IMG/VR virus record: IMGVR_UViG_3300025986_000001
Coordinates: 32,001 to 96,000 of that record
DNA length: 64,000 bases
Strand: one strand, 5' to 3'
DNA from: a virus
Taxonomy: Duplodnaviria; Caudoviricetes
In this document: positions 37,245 to 45,831 of the stretch, piece by piece
Layout: each line of letters begins with the position of its first letter
How positions within the stretch are numbered: the stretch's first letter is position 1
Translations under genes and position numbers: made by a program
Notes under the pieces: model-generated
What the model was told of the DNA's origin: nothing
Seen by the model: only the letters and a program-made list of their open reading frames with translations
Database searches by the model: none

Positions 37245-37541
37245 CTACGCCAGCGCTTCTCGGGCGATGTTCTGCTGTCGGGTGGTGGTTTTGCTGTACC
37301 GGGCTTCCGGCAGCCGGACACTCCCATCGACCAGTACCCACGCAATCGGCGTGGCGTAGGAGTACACCGTGTAGACGACCTCCCGCCGCGCCACGTCGGC
37401 CTCGTATCCGTCCCGATCGGCATTGCTCAGCTGATGATCGCTGGCCAGTCCACCACCGGCCCGGCCGGACATGCTGGCGGACAGGAACGCCCGCCGGTCG
37501 CGGATAGCGTCGACGATGTCGTCGCGGTTCATGCTCGGCAT
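37245..37541 (-). CDS. Hypothetical protein (YSYATPIAW...YSKTTTRQQ)
   Basis: After repeat. Confidence 0.75.
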   Translation of the reverse strand: MPSMNRDDIVDAIRDRRAFLSASMSGRAGGGLASDHQLSNADRDGYEADVARREVVYTVYSYATPIAWVLVDGSVRLPEARYSKTTTRQQNIAREALA

Positions 37542-37557
37542 ATTGATCTTTCTCGTC

Positions 37558-37626
37558 TCTCCGTACGCACCGTGCGCCGGTGGCCACCGGCCGGACCGAA
37601 GTCCGGCCGGACCATCACACCCACGG
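37558..37626 (-). ncRNA. Intergenic structured element, copy 23 (cUUCGg loop)
   Basis: Minus strand ccggac-ttcg-gtccgg. Confidence 0.9.
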
Positions 37627-37674
37627 TCAGCAGTCAGCGCCCAGCTTGCGATAGACCTGACCATCAGCTCAGGG

Positions 37675-38058
37675 TTACCGGCCAGATTCGGGCACACCCG
37701 CACCCTTGATCTCAGGGCAGTAATGCTTGGTCCGGCTTTTGCCGTCGACCACGCCCAGCGAATACCACTCATCGACTCGGACCGTCGCGCTTCCGCGCAC
37801 CTCCGACCGCACCTCGGCCACCTCCGGCGGGTAATCGGCCAGGATCACCCCGCGCGCATCGGCGAACGCGTCCACCTGGCCGATGTAGTACGCGGCGGCC
37901 TCGCGTGGCTGCCCCAGCCAGACCACCTGGCTGTTACCGTCCATGATCCGAGATCCGGCCCCGAGATCGGTCCCGAACTCGGCCTCGGCCACGTAGTTGT
38001 TGCTCAACGCGCGTGCATACGCGCTGACGGTGCGGACGTGCTCCTTGGTAATACGCAT
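37675..38058 (-). CDS. Hypothetical protein, paralog of 39143..39490
   Basis: VWLGQPREAAAYYIGQ. Confidence 0.75.
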   Translation of the reverse strand: MRITKEHVRTVSAYARALSNNYVAEAEFGTDLGAGSRIMDGNSQVVWLGQPREAAAYYIGQVDAFADARGVILADYPPEVAEVRSEVRGSATVRVDEWYSLGVVDGKSRTKHYCPEIKGAGVPESGR

Positions 38059-38071
38059 TCGAGTACCCCTT

Positions 38072-38147
38072 TCTCCGGCGCTCCGTGCGCCGATGGCATC
38101 AACCACGACCTATCCGGCCGGCCGCGGTCGCACCATCATCCGCGCGG
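38072..38147 (-). ncRNA. Intergenic structured element, copy 24
   Basis: gatgg/ccatc variant. Confidence 0.85.
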
Positions 38148-38546
38148 TCGCACCACCAGCACTGCCCCGAACCGGCCGACCAGCGGATGCACCGGCTCCG
38201 TACCCGGCCACATCAGCGGCCACGTCGCGCTCAGCGCGGCCTCGCCGACCCCGTCCAGGGTGTGATACTGCCGTGCGGTGAAATCCACGTTCACCGGCTC
38301 GCCGTCGACCACCACCCGTGTCCACACGTGATAGTCGGCCCACGGATGCTCGGCTTCGGTCGCCCGGACCACGCAGGCCGCCCCGCCGCGCTCGCCGACG
38401 TACGCGGCGAACCGGGCTCCCGCCTGATCACAAGCCCACGTGTCGGTGGCATCGTCCTCGTCCGCGCTGACATCCGGATAGCGGCGCCAGACATCGGCCA
38501 TCGGCTCCGCGCTCGCGAACCCGTCGATCAGCTCCTGCAGTTCCAT
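38136..38546 (-). CDS. Hypothetical protein with C...H...DFTARQY motifs (papain-like fold possible)
   Basis: WACDQ, HVWT, VDFTARQY. Confidence 0.65.
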   Translation of the reverse strand: MELQELIDGFASAEPMADVWRRYPDVSADEDDATDTWACDQAGARFAAYVGERGGAACVVRATEAEHPWADYHVWTRVVVDGEPVNVDFTARQYHTLDGVGEAALSATWPLMWPGTEPVHPLVGRFGAVLVVRPRG

Positions 38547-38559
38547 CCTCAACTACCTC

Positions 38560-38625
38560 TCTCGTCGCGTTGTGCGCCGGTGGCCGACGGCCGGGAGTGT
38601 GCCCGGCCGGACCATCATGCGAACA
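38560..38625 (-). ncRNA. Intergenic structured element, copy 25
   Basis: Compensatory ttgt/acaa. Confidence 0.85.
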
Positions 38626-38887
38626 AAGCATCCTGTTGCGGGTGAACAACCTGCGATTGGTAGACGACCACCGAGACGACGTGTGGCGTTTCATCATCGC
38701 CGACCAGCGTGTAAGTGGCCGTCCAGAAGTGGCCACCTCCGGTCATGTCACAGTGCTCGACCTCGATGGCAGGATTCCTGCATGCGCGCAGGAATCCTGC
38801 CTCCTGGCCACCGTCGGAGAAGGTGACCACCACCGGCTCCCCGATCATGCTGGCGTAACGGTCACTGCTGCTTTCGACGTCACTCAT
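38615..38887 (-). CDS. Hypothetical protein
   Basis: Single-gene unit. Confidence 0.65.
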   Translation of the reverse strand: MSDVESSSDRYASMIGEPVVVTFSDGGQEAGFLRACRNPAIEVEHCDMTGGGHFWTATYTLVGDDETPHVVSVVVYQSQVVHPQQDALFA

Positions 38888-38902
38888 GCCCGTAACCCGC
38901 TA

Positions 38903-38975
38903 TCTCCGTCGCACCGTGCGCCGGTGGCACCGACCCTGGCCCGTTCCGGCCAGGGTCGCACCATCATCCGAACGG
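38903..38975 (-). ncRNA. Intergenic structured element, copy 26
   Basis: Consensus match. Confidence 0.9.
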
Positions 38976-39143
38976 CCCGATACCGAACACGTCGGCCACC
39001 CGCTTGATCAGCTCGTAGCACTGGCGATCGGTCTCTCGCGCTGCCGACGCGTCGGCTACGTGGACCTCCGCCCACCCGAACACCGTCGCCAGGTCCTCGC
39101 GCAGCTGCGGCGTCACCTCTACCACACGGTTGCTTCCGTCCAT
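38964..39143 (-). CDS. Small hypothetical protein
   Basis: TGATG coupling. Confidence 0.6.
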   Translation of the reverse strand: MDGSNRVVEVTPQLREDLATVFGWAEVHVADASAARETDRQCYELIKRVADVFGIGPFG

Positions 39144-39490
39144 CAGCGTGCGCCGCCTCGGTATGCGCCGGTGCTCTTGCCCCGCGCGTACCACTTGGCG
39201 ATGGACGCCTTCCGGCCGATGTCCAGGTTGATTTCGTCCCGGGCCTCCTGCACGTGGGACGGCAGGGGAACGTCGCCCAGGCCCTTCACGTCGCGGTACC
39301 CCTCGATCTGCCCGAGGTAGTAGGCCGTCGCCTCGCGCGGCTGACCCAGCCAGACCAGCTGCTCATCGCCGTCGATGACCCGCGCGCCGTGCCCGAGGTC
39401 CGCGCCGACATTGCAGACGCTGATCCCCCCGTCGCTGATCTCGTTGGCGTAGCGGCTCATGTCCTGCGCGGTCGTGCCTGTGATGCGCAT
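39143..39490 (-). CDS. Hypothetical protein, paralog of 37675..38058
   Basis: VWLGQPREATAYYLGQ. Confidence 0.75.
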   Translation of the reverse strand: MRITGTTAQDMSRYANEISDGGISVCNVGADLGHGARVIDGDEQLVWLGQPREATAYYLGQIEGYRDVKGLGDVPLPSHVQEARDEINLDIGRKASIAKWYARGKSTGAYRGGAR

Positions 39491-39501
39491 CGAAATACCT
39501 C

Positions 39502-39577
39502 TCTCCGTGCCCGGCCTCGTGCCGTGCTCCGGCGGCAACCCGCCCGGCCTGCCGGGCGAGCACCGTCACGAGCACGG
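39502..39577 (-). ncRNA. Intergenic structured element, copy 27
   Basis: Compensatory ccgtgctc/gagcacgg. Confidence 0.85.
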
Positions 39578-39991
39578 TCAGCCCTCATCTCCGCGCAAGT
39601 CGAGCGCGGCCATGCTCAGCTCATCGGAGTTGAGGTACGCCCACTCGGCCACAGCGGCCGAGAACAGCCAGCCGTCGACCGGTTCGCTCGCGCCCATGGT
39701 GGCCTGATACGCCTCGGCTTCAGCGGTTAGGTATCCACACAGCACGGCAAGCGCCTCGCGGATGGTCTCGCCCGGTTCGAGGCGCGTGGCGCGCGGCGAC
39801 AGCGCCACGTCGTTGCCGTAATACTCCCCACCGGGGAAGTCGACGAAGTACGACACGCGCGCCTTGTCACCGTCGTACCCGGTGATCCAGGCACTGAGAC
39901 GGCCACCGGTCGCACGTTCCGGATCGATGGCGATCGAGGGGATCAGGCGCGGGCCGATGCTCAGCGGCGCGGTCAGAACGTAGCTGGTCAT
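39578..39991 (-). CDS. Hypothetical protein
   Basis: Single-gene unit. Confidence 0.75.
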   Translation of the reverse strand: MTSYVLTAPLSIGPRLIPSIAIDPERATGGRLSAWITGYDGDKARVSYFVDFPGGEYYGNDVALSPRATRLEPGETIREALAVLCGYLTAEAEAYQATMGASEPVDGWLFSAAVAEWAYLNSDELSMAALDLRGDEG

Positions 39992-40000
39992 GATTGCCTC

Positions 40001-40076
40001 TCTCCGGTCGGCGGTAGCGCCGTATGCCGGTGGCCAGCGGCCGGAATACTGCCCGGCCGGACCATCACACATACGG
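40001..40076 (-). ncRNA. Intergenic structured element, copy 28
   Basis: Compensatory ccgtatg/catacgg. Confidence 0.85.
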
Positions 40077-40082
40077 AACCGT

Positions 40083-40175
40083 TCAGATTTCCGCATCCCA
40101 GCCGTACAGCCATCCCTCACGGCGCACCCGACGTGCCCAGGACGCGAGGTTGTTGACGAGAATGTTGAGGAACAT
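40083..40175 (-). CDS. 30-aa microprotein MFLNILVNNLASWARRVRREGWLYGWDAEI
   Basis: Fills the interval between two repeats, GAAGGG RBS. Confidence 0.6.
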   Translation of the reverse strand: MFLNILVNNLASWARRVRREGWLYGWDAEI

Positions 40176-40190
40176 ATCTTTACCCTTCTA

Positions 40191-40255
40191 TCTCCGGCCG
40201 TGCGCCGGTGGCTCCCGGCCGGAGCATGCCCCGGCCGGAACCATCACACACACGG
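40191..40255 (-). ncRNA. Intergenic structured element, copy 29
   Basis: Consensus match. Confidence 0.9.
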
Positions 40256-40528
40256 TCAGGACAACCGGGCCGCCGACGGTGACCAGGCCGACAGCAGATG
40301 ATCGGCCGCATCGGCGCGCGTCTCGTAACCGACGGTCCACGCCTGCCTCCCCTCGTCACCGGCCAGGAGGTACCCCCACCCGTCGACCCGCTGTTCGGCC
40401 CGTGCCACGTGTCCGGCCAGCCGACCGTCGTACTTGACTGGCGCGGCCGTACGCGTCGTGCCGTCCGGGTTCGCCACCTCGACCGCCCGCCCGTAACTGA
40501 TCTTGTCGTGGTTCCATAGGAAACGCAT
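40256..40528 (-). CDS. Hypothetical protein
   Basis: GAGGGA RBS. Confidence 0.65.
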   Translation of the reverse strand: MRFLWNHDKISYGRAVEVANPDGTTRTAAPVKYDGRLAGHVARAEQRVDGWGYLLAGDEGRQAWTVGYETRADAADHLLSAWSPSAARLS

Positions 40529-40537
40529 GGCAATCCC

Positions 40538-40783
40538 TCAATTCCCGGTGGGAGCGCTCGGATCGTCAGCCCACCACAAACACCGTGTGTCGGCGTAGTA
40601 GCGCGTGCCGCCATCCCATGACACGGTGACGCCGTACGTGCAGTGCGCGGCGCCGGGAGTGACGACCCCGCGCTTACCATCGCAGTCGATCACCGCGCGC
40701 CCTTCGTTGGTCGTGTTGCCCTGGTCAACCCCGAACAGGAAATGCCCGCCGTGATCGGGCTTGTCGCCGAAGCTGTGCGCCAT
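40538..40783 (-). CDS. Hypothetical protein
   Basis: After repeat. Confidence 0.65.
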   Translation of the reverse strand: MAHSFGDKPDHGGHFLFGVDQGNTTNEGRAVIDCDGKRGVVTPGAAHCTYGVTVSWDGGTRYYADTRCLWWADDPSAPTGN

Positions 40784-40796
40784 GGCGCACCCGCCT

Positions 40797-40866
40797 TTCC
40801 CCGCACGCACCGTGCGCCGGTGGCCACCGGCCGGGCAAGCGCCCGGCCGGACCATCACACACACGG
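40797..40866 (-). ncRNA. Intergenic structured element, copy 30
   Basis: Consensus match. Confidence 0.9.
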
Positions 40867-40868
40867 TC

Positions 40869-41135
40869 TCACTGCACGTCCGAGTAGTCCTCGACGTCGT
40901 GTCGGTGCTCGACCCGCCCCTCGCGGTAGACGATTGTGCCCGGCTCGTCCAGCTCCTGCACCCGAATCGGGTGCATCCACACGTCCCGATGCGCGTTGTT
41001 CTCGCGCGTCGTGATCTCGTCTCGCAGGGCGCGCCGCGCCGCGATCAGCGGCGAGACACACTCAACAGGCACCCGAACGTGCCAGACGCCGGAACCGTTG
41101 GCCCAAGTGGTCACTCGCGGGTCATCCATGGTCAT
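40869..41135 (-). CDS. Hypothetical protein
   Basis: Single-gene unit. Confidence 0.7.
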   Translation of the reverse strand: MTMDDPRVTTWANGSGVWHVRVPVECVSPLIAARRALRDEITTRENNAHRDVWMHPIRVQELDEPGTIVYREGRVEHRHDVEDYSDVQ

Positions 41136-41142
41136 CCCTTCG

Positions 41143-41210
41143 CTCCGTACGCACCGTGCGCCGGTGGCCAGCGGCCGGAGCATGCTCCGGCCGGACCATC
41201 ACACACACGA
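41143..41210 (-). ncRNA. Intergenic structured element, copy 31
   Basis: Consensus match. Confidence 0.9.
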
Positions 41211-41603
41211 TCAGCGGTTGTCGATGTAACCCGGCCACGTTGGCGGGTGCGCCACGATCGTCAGCTCCCGGTGGTCGATCTTGCGTCGGCCGCACCGGCG
41301 GCACTCCAGCGGACGGCGGCTGTGCGCCTCGAACCCGGGCAGATCACACCGCCCGTACCCATCGGCGGGCCGGTCGTCGCCGCGCTCGTTCCAGTCCCAG
41401 CCGTGCGCCTCAGCGACCCTTTCCCGGCGCGCCTCGATGCCGTACCCCTTGAGCGAGGTGACATCAACGCCGTTGAGATCCAGCAACCTGTCGATCATGG
41501 TGCGGGTGCAGACACCCAAGATGTCGAACGCCCGCATGGTGGTCGTTGCCTGCGCGATGCGGTCATTGATCCCCGCCACGTGCTCATCGGTGATGTGACC
41601 CAT
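41211..41603 (-). CDS. Hypothetical protein, C-terminal Cys motif
   Basis: Single-gene unit. Confidence 0.7.
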   Translation of the reverse strand: MGHITDEHVAGINDRIAQATTTMRAFDILGVCTRTMIDRLLDLNGVDVTSLKGYGIEARRERVAEAHGWDWNERGDDRPADGYGRCDLPGFEAHSRRPLECRRCGRRKIDHRELTIVAHPPTWPGYIDNR

Positions 41604-41622
41604 GTAAATTCCTCGCTTTCCC

Positions 41623-41696
41623 TCTCCGATGCCCGTGCATCGGTGGCATCGACAGCGGCCGATTCGGCCGGCCGCTGTCGCACCATCCATGCGCGG
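41623..41696 (-). ncRNA. Intergenic structured element, copy 32
   Basis: Consensus match. Confidence 0.8.
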
Positions 41697-41703
41697 CGAT
41701 GGA

Positions 41704-42027
41704 TCAGACCTGCTCGACGATTACCCCGATCAAGTCCAGGTCCGAGCGGACCAGGGTGTACGCCTCATCCTCGGCGTACCAACCGGCCTCATGCGCGCCA
41801 TCGTGACGCAGGTGCTCGGCGTCACGAGCCTCGATCAACCCGGTGTAGGTGGTGTAAGCGCAGGTGCCGCAAGACAGCGGCACGCGGGTAGTGGCGACCG
41901 CGCGGGGCACCCGGCACTCTTCGTCGGTGTTGCCGTAGCGCAACCGGTCGAAGAGCTCGGCCAGGATGTCAGCGCGCACCGCGCCGGTCGATCCCTTGGC
42001 ATCGGCCAGCAGTCCATCGTTAACCAT
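41704..42027 (-). CDS. Hypothetical protein, C2H2-like motif
   Basis: CGTC...HLRHDGAH. Confidence 0.7.
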   Translation of the reverse strand: MVNDGLLADAKGSTGAVRADILAELFDRLRYGNTDEECRVPRAVATTRVPLSCGTCAYTTYTGLIEARDAEHLRHDGAHEAGWYAEDEAYTLVRSDLDLIGVIVEQV

Positions 42028-42042
42028 GTCGATCCCTGTCTC

Positions 42043-42106
42043 TCTCCGGCCTGTGTGCCGGTGGCCAGCGGCCGGAGCATGCTCCGGCCGGACCATCACA
42101 CCCACA
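42043..42106 (-). ncRNA. Intergenic structured element, copy 33
   Basis: Compensatory ctgtg/cacag. Confidence 0.9.
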
Positions 42107-42112
42107 GCCGTC

Positions 42113-42541
42113 TTACGCGCCCTGCGGCGGGAACGACGGACCGGTGTCGCGCGCCGACCCCACGCCGTTGCGAGACGCGCCGACCGTGCCGTTGACGCGC
42201 CCCACGTCGAACATGTTCGTCCGTGCGATCATGTCGTGCGCCCGTACGGTCATGCCGCGCACAGACTCGCCCCTCCATCGTCCGTCATGAGCGCGCACCT
42301 TCGTAGGCGTTTTCACATGCTTGGACGCGACCCCGCCCGCCGGAAGCGGATCCGCCCAACCGGCGGCATCGACATCCGTGCCCAGCTCGAAATGCGCCCG
42401 GCCGCCGTCGGCGAACGTGACGATCCGTGCCGGTGCCGACCACGTCGATTTGACCGCGGTGAACGTGCCGACTCCGTCGGTTGCCGTAGCGACTGTGCGC
42501 CCGCCGATGACCATGCCTCGGCGGATGGATGCTGCCTTCAT
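42113..42541 (-). CDS. Hypothetical protein
   Basis: AGGAG RBS, MKAASIRR. Confidence 0.65.
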   Translation of the reverse strand: MKAASIRRGMVIGGRTVATATDGVGTFTAVKSTWSAPARIVTFADGGRAHFELGTDVDAAGWADPLPAGGVASKHVKTPTKVRAHDGRWRGESVRGMTVRAHDMIARTNMFDVGRVNGTVGASRNGVGSARDTGPSFPPQGA

Positions 42542-42693
42542 CGAATTTCTCCTGTCCTGCCCAAGACCTAGGCAGAGCGATTGTCCGATCATATGGAGCG
42601 AGGACCGTCTATGACGGGGGTATCGCGATGATCAGACAATCACCCTTGCTCATGCCTTGCTCATACACTGCACCGTTGGGTTACGCATCGACT

Positions 42694-42779
42694 CTTGTCG
42701 TGTCCCCTAGCTATCTGCTAGCGCCGATCCCTGCGGGACCGTTCCGGGGGCGGGAGCCTGAACGCTGCCCCTCGTGCCA
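42694..42779. repeat. About 85-nt repeat, copy A
   Basis: Near-identical to 43023-43108. Confidence 0.9.
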
Positions 42780-43022
42780 CGTCGTGAACCGATGCCCGGA
42801 CCTTGCATCCGGTCGCGTTAATGTGCTGCGTGACGACTCCGGTTGCTGGCCGGGGGATCGTCCGCGAGATGAGCAGCTTAGACACAGAGCCTTGTATGAA
42901 TGCCTGCCCATATAGAGATGCAGCGTCGGGATTCGCACCGTTTCATCGCACGCCGTGACGTTTACGATCATCTACCTCTGCCCGCTCCGCCCGATTGTCC
43001 TGCGCCCACTGCTTGATCATCG

Positions 43023-43108
43023 CTTGTCTGTCCCCTAGCTATCTACTAGCGCCGATCCCGTGCGGGACCGTTCCGGGGGCGGGGACCTGAACGCTGTCCC
43101 TCATGCCA
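43023..43108. repeat. About 85-nt repeat, copy B
   Basis: Near-identical to 42694-42779. Confidence 0.9.
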
Positions 43109-43776
43109 GAAATATCGATGTCAGTTCAGATGGGTCTAGTACTGATCGATAGGAGAGAACGGGATCGCTGATCAGCGATGAACTTTCCGCCTTCTCTCAC
43201 ACGTCCGTACGCTTCACAGCGTTCGGGTGCCTCGGCGGAACCTCCCCCACGTGCAGGGGACACCTCCGCCTTATTCCAGAGCCAGCGCTGTGACCGGTCT
43301 CCCGTGGGATGTACGCCGCAGAGGGGCGCTTTCCTCAACCATCGGGACCGCATCGCCGCCCCGTTCAGATCGGGGACCGCGCTACGTGCTCTTGTGTTGT
43401 CAGGTGAACGGGACCGATTCCGCATCCCCCCGCTGCGCTAGCCGGAGGATGGGATTCCCGCTGCCGCCCTGCCTCGGCGACAGAACAAGTAGGCGCCTCC
43501 GACCCATACCGCGTCAAGTCGGACTAGACATTTTCTGGATTTTTCTTGTTTCCCCTGGTCAGCGACTTGCGCCATCGACACACCCGCTTTCACTTACGGG
43601 TGAACCAATCGGCGTTCAGCGATCATTTTGCCCTATATGGACGGTCATTTTCCGACCCTTTCTAGCACCTTTACCCGATGCCACACGAACCGATAAGCCG
43701 ATGACAAGCGACTAGTTTTTCCGTAATTCGAGAATCCTCGATTTCATCCGGGGAGACGGTTACTGGATCGCAGAGG

Positions 43777-44110
43777 AAGCCCCCTCTATAAGCCCCCTCT
43801 ATATAAGCCCTTCTATATATTACTGTTCTACAATAAATAAGATCAACTATGTATCACATGAATAAATAATAGGAACGCACACGCACGCGTTGCACATCAT
43901 GCGCTACATTGTCAAATCGACATGTCATGAGTGAGCGCAGCATCAATGCGTACTGATCTTAGATATGATTATATGCACATATTCGTGAATAGAATCATGG
44001 AAGAAAATCAGATCGCATATTTAAATAAATCCACATTCGAAAATTGAAGATCGTAGCGTGTGGAGCGATCGAGACCTTTAGGTGGTTGAATTTGAATTCG
44101 CAAATATTGA
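43777..44110. other. AT-rich non-coding island at the transcription divergence point, with three AAGCCCyTCTATA-type repeats
   Basis: Repeats at 43777, 43790, 43805; sharp drop in GC. Confidence 0.7.
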
Positions 44111-44262
44111 CGACCCCTGGGCGGGTACCCCGTGGGGGTGCCCGGCGCCGCCGGGCCGGGGCGTTCTGGTTGTCGCTGTGCCTACGATTTAGGGTACTTG
44201 GGAATTGCCCATACTGGGCACATGGGAGGCTCCCTTAAGGGGCGAAGTGGTATTGTCCACCT

Positions 44263-44466
44263 ATGGCAAAGTCCCGGAAGATGCTGGCTGTCGACGCGCG
44301 GGGGCGCATCACGCTTGGCTCGTTGGCAGGCGATCACGAAATCTTCCTGGCCAACGTGAGCGCCGACAACGTGATCACTCTGACGCCGGCGGAGCTGATC
44401 CCCGTCGTCAAGCCCAGACCGCGCCGGCGGACCAAGTCGATCCCCTCAGTCGAAGGAGATCAGTGA
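44263..44466 (+). CDS. Small AbrB/MazE-like DNA-binding protein
   Basis: VDARGRITLG motif. Confidence 0.55.
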   Translation: MAKSRKMLAVDARGRITLGSLAGDHEIFLANVSADNVITLTPAELIPVVKPRPRRRTKSIPSVEGDQ

Positions 44467-45128
44467 AGTCCGTAGAGGTCGTTCGCAGAACAAAGCCGTG
44501 TGGCTGCGCGTGCGGGTACAAGGTGAGCGGTCCGGGCGCATATCTGCCCGGACACTCGCCGCGGGCGCGTAAGCCAGCCCCGCGTTGCGCCTGCGGGTGC
44601 GGCGAATTCGTCGCGCTTCGCAAGAGCCTCTACCGAAAGGGGCATCGCCCTGTCGACCGAGATCCGCAGGAGTTTTGGACGCGTACGGAAGAGACGGCCT
44701 CCGGATGCCGGGTATGGACGGGGAGAGTGGATGACAAGGGCTACGGGGTAGTGAGCTGGGAAGGCAAGACCTGGGGCGCGCACCGCCTTGCTTGGACGCT
44801 GACCTTCGGCACGGTCTCGGACGGACAGTGGGTGCTGCATCACTGCGACAATCCGCCGTGTGTGAATGCTTCGGGCGGCTGCCTATACCTCGGAGATCAC
44901 GAGCAGAACGTGGCCGACAAGGTCGATCGTGGCCGACAGGTCGATGGTGAGCGTCACGGCCGAGCAAAACTGACCGCAGAGGAGGTTGAGGAGATCAGGC
45001 GCCGGTACATCTTTCCGTCCTGCGAGGGCGCGCATGACAGCAACGCTCGAACGCTGGCCAAGGAGTTTGGAGTCGACCGTAAACAAATCCAGCGGTTGGC
45101 TCGGGGTGAAGCCTGGAAGCGGCCCTAA
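44463..45128 (+). CDS. HNH homing endonuclease with CxCGCG zinc motifs
   Basis: CRVWTG, AHRLAW, VLHHCDNPPCVN, GDHEQNVAD. Confidence 0.9.
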   Translation: MKSVEVVRRTKPCGCACGYKVSGPGAYLPGHSPRARKPAPRCACGCGEFVALRKSLYRKGHRPVDRDPQEFWTRTEETASGCRVWTGRVDDKGYGVVSWEGKTWGAHRLAWTLTFGTVSDGQWVLHHCDNPPCVNASGGCLYLGDHEQNVADKVDRGRQVDGERHGRAKLTAEEVEEIRRRYIFPSCEGAHDSNARTLAKEFGVDRKQIQRLARGEAWKRP

Positions 45129-45185
45129 TATATTCCCCAGGCCGCGCCTCGGCCGCTGAATCATCACAGGAACAAGGAGAAGAAC

Positions 45186-45524
45186 ATGAGCTTTCGCGCC
45201 CGCGCCTTCACCATCGAGGGCTACCTCGACGTCGAAACCAACATCCCCCTCGAGCAACTGGCGGTCGGCGACGTCGTCCTCGGTCTCGCCGACGCCGACG
45301 CTCCCGATGAGCCGCGCACAGTGCACGCGGTCACCGCGGCTCTCGGCCGACACCACGTCCCGACCGAGGATCCGACCCGGATGGAGTCCTTCCTGATCAG
45401 CATCGGCCTCGAGCGGCTGGTCGCCACCGGCCCGGTCGAGGGGATCCTCGTTGATAGCGGGGTCGGCGACCCTGGTCTGTTCGCCCTGGAAATCACATCG
45501 GTCCTGGACCGGGTCATCTTCTGA
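45186..45524 (+). CDS. Hypothetical protein
   Basis: AAGGAG RBS. Confidence 0.7.
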   Translation: MSFRARAFTIEGYLDVETNIPLEQLAVGDVVLGLADADAPDEPRTVHAVTAALGRHHVPTEDPTRMESFLISIGLERLVATGPVEGILVDSGVGDPGLFALEITSVLDRVIF

Positions 45525-45592
45525 CCGTCGCCCGAAGGCCCCGCACCATAAGAAGGCCATCTCGGCCTCCCCGATCAGAGCAGGAGAAACCG

Positions 45593-45787
45593 GTGATCCA
45601 GATCGACTGCACCCATGGCATCTACATGGTGACCAACATCGACTACGACGACGCCGTGAAACTGGCGGCCCAGCCGGGCGCCTGGTTCGACGTCGAGTAC
45701 GAGGTCGCAACCGGCCGCGGAAGGATCACGGAGCGGAAGGCGTTCCCGGCCAGCACCGTAGTAGAGATCAAGAAGACAGGATTCTGA
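45593..45787 (+). CDS. Small hypothetical protein
   Basis: AGGAG RBS. Confidence 0.65.
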   Translation: MIQIDCTHGIYMVTNIDYDDAVKLAAQPGAWFDVEYEVATGRGRITERKAFPASTVVEIKKTGF

Positions 45788-45831
45788 CCGGCTCGCCGCA
45801 GCGAGCATCGAGATACCGGAAGCAGAAAACC

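Noticed and set aside
27819-42105. Shared N-termini MSVMVAAG/MGVMVLA... in many ORF-track proteins
   Set aside because: Artefact of extending ORFs into the repeat; the real starts follow the RBS.
22055-42106. CRISPR array
   Set aside because: The intervals are whole genes of 100-1700 nt, the repeats vary internally, and no cas genes are present.
22055-42106. Canonical integron attC array
   Set aside because: No RYYYAAC/GTTRRRY core sites and no IntI-type integrase; loops and wobble pairs favour an RNA fold.
22055-42106. Intrinsic terminators or hammerhead ribozymes
   Set aside because: No U-tracts and no CUGANGA/GAAA core; the conserved bulged sequence exceeds what a terminator needs.
25-42600. 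Long plus-strand ORFs such as 25..1197, 3018..4292, 7504..9063 and 30734..32209
   Set aside because: Antisense shadows of RBS-led minus-strand genes in high-GC DNA; Arg/Pro/Ala-rich with no recognisable motifs.
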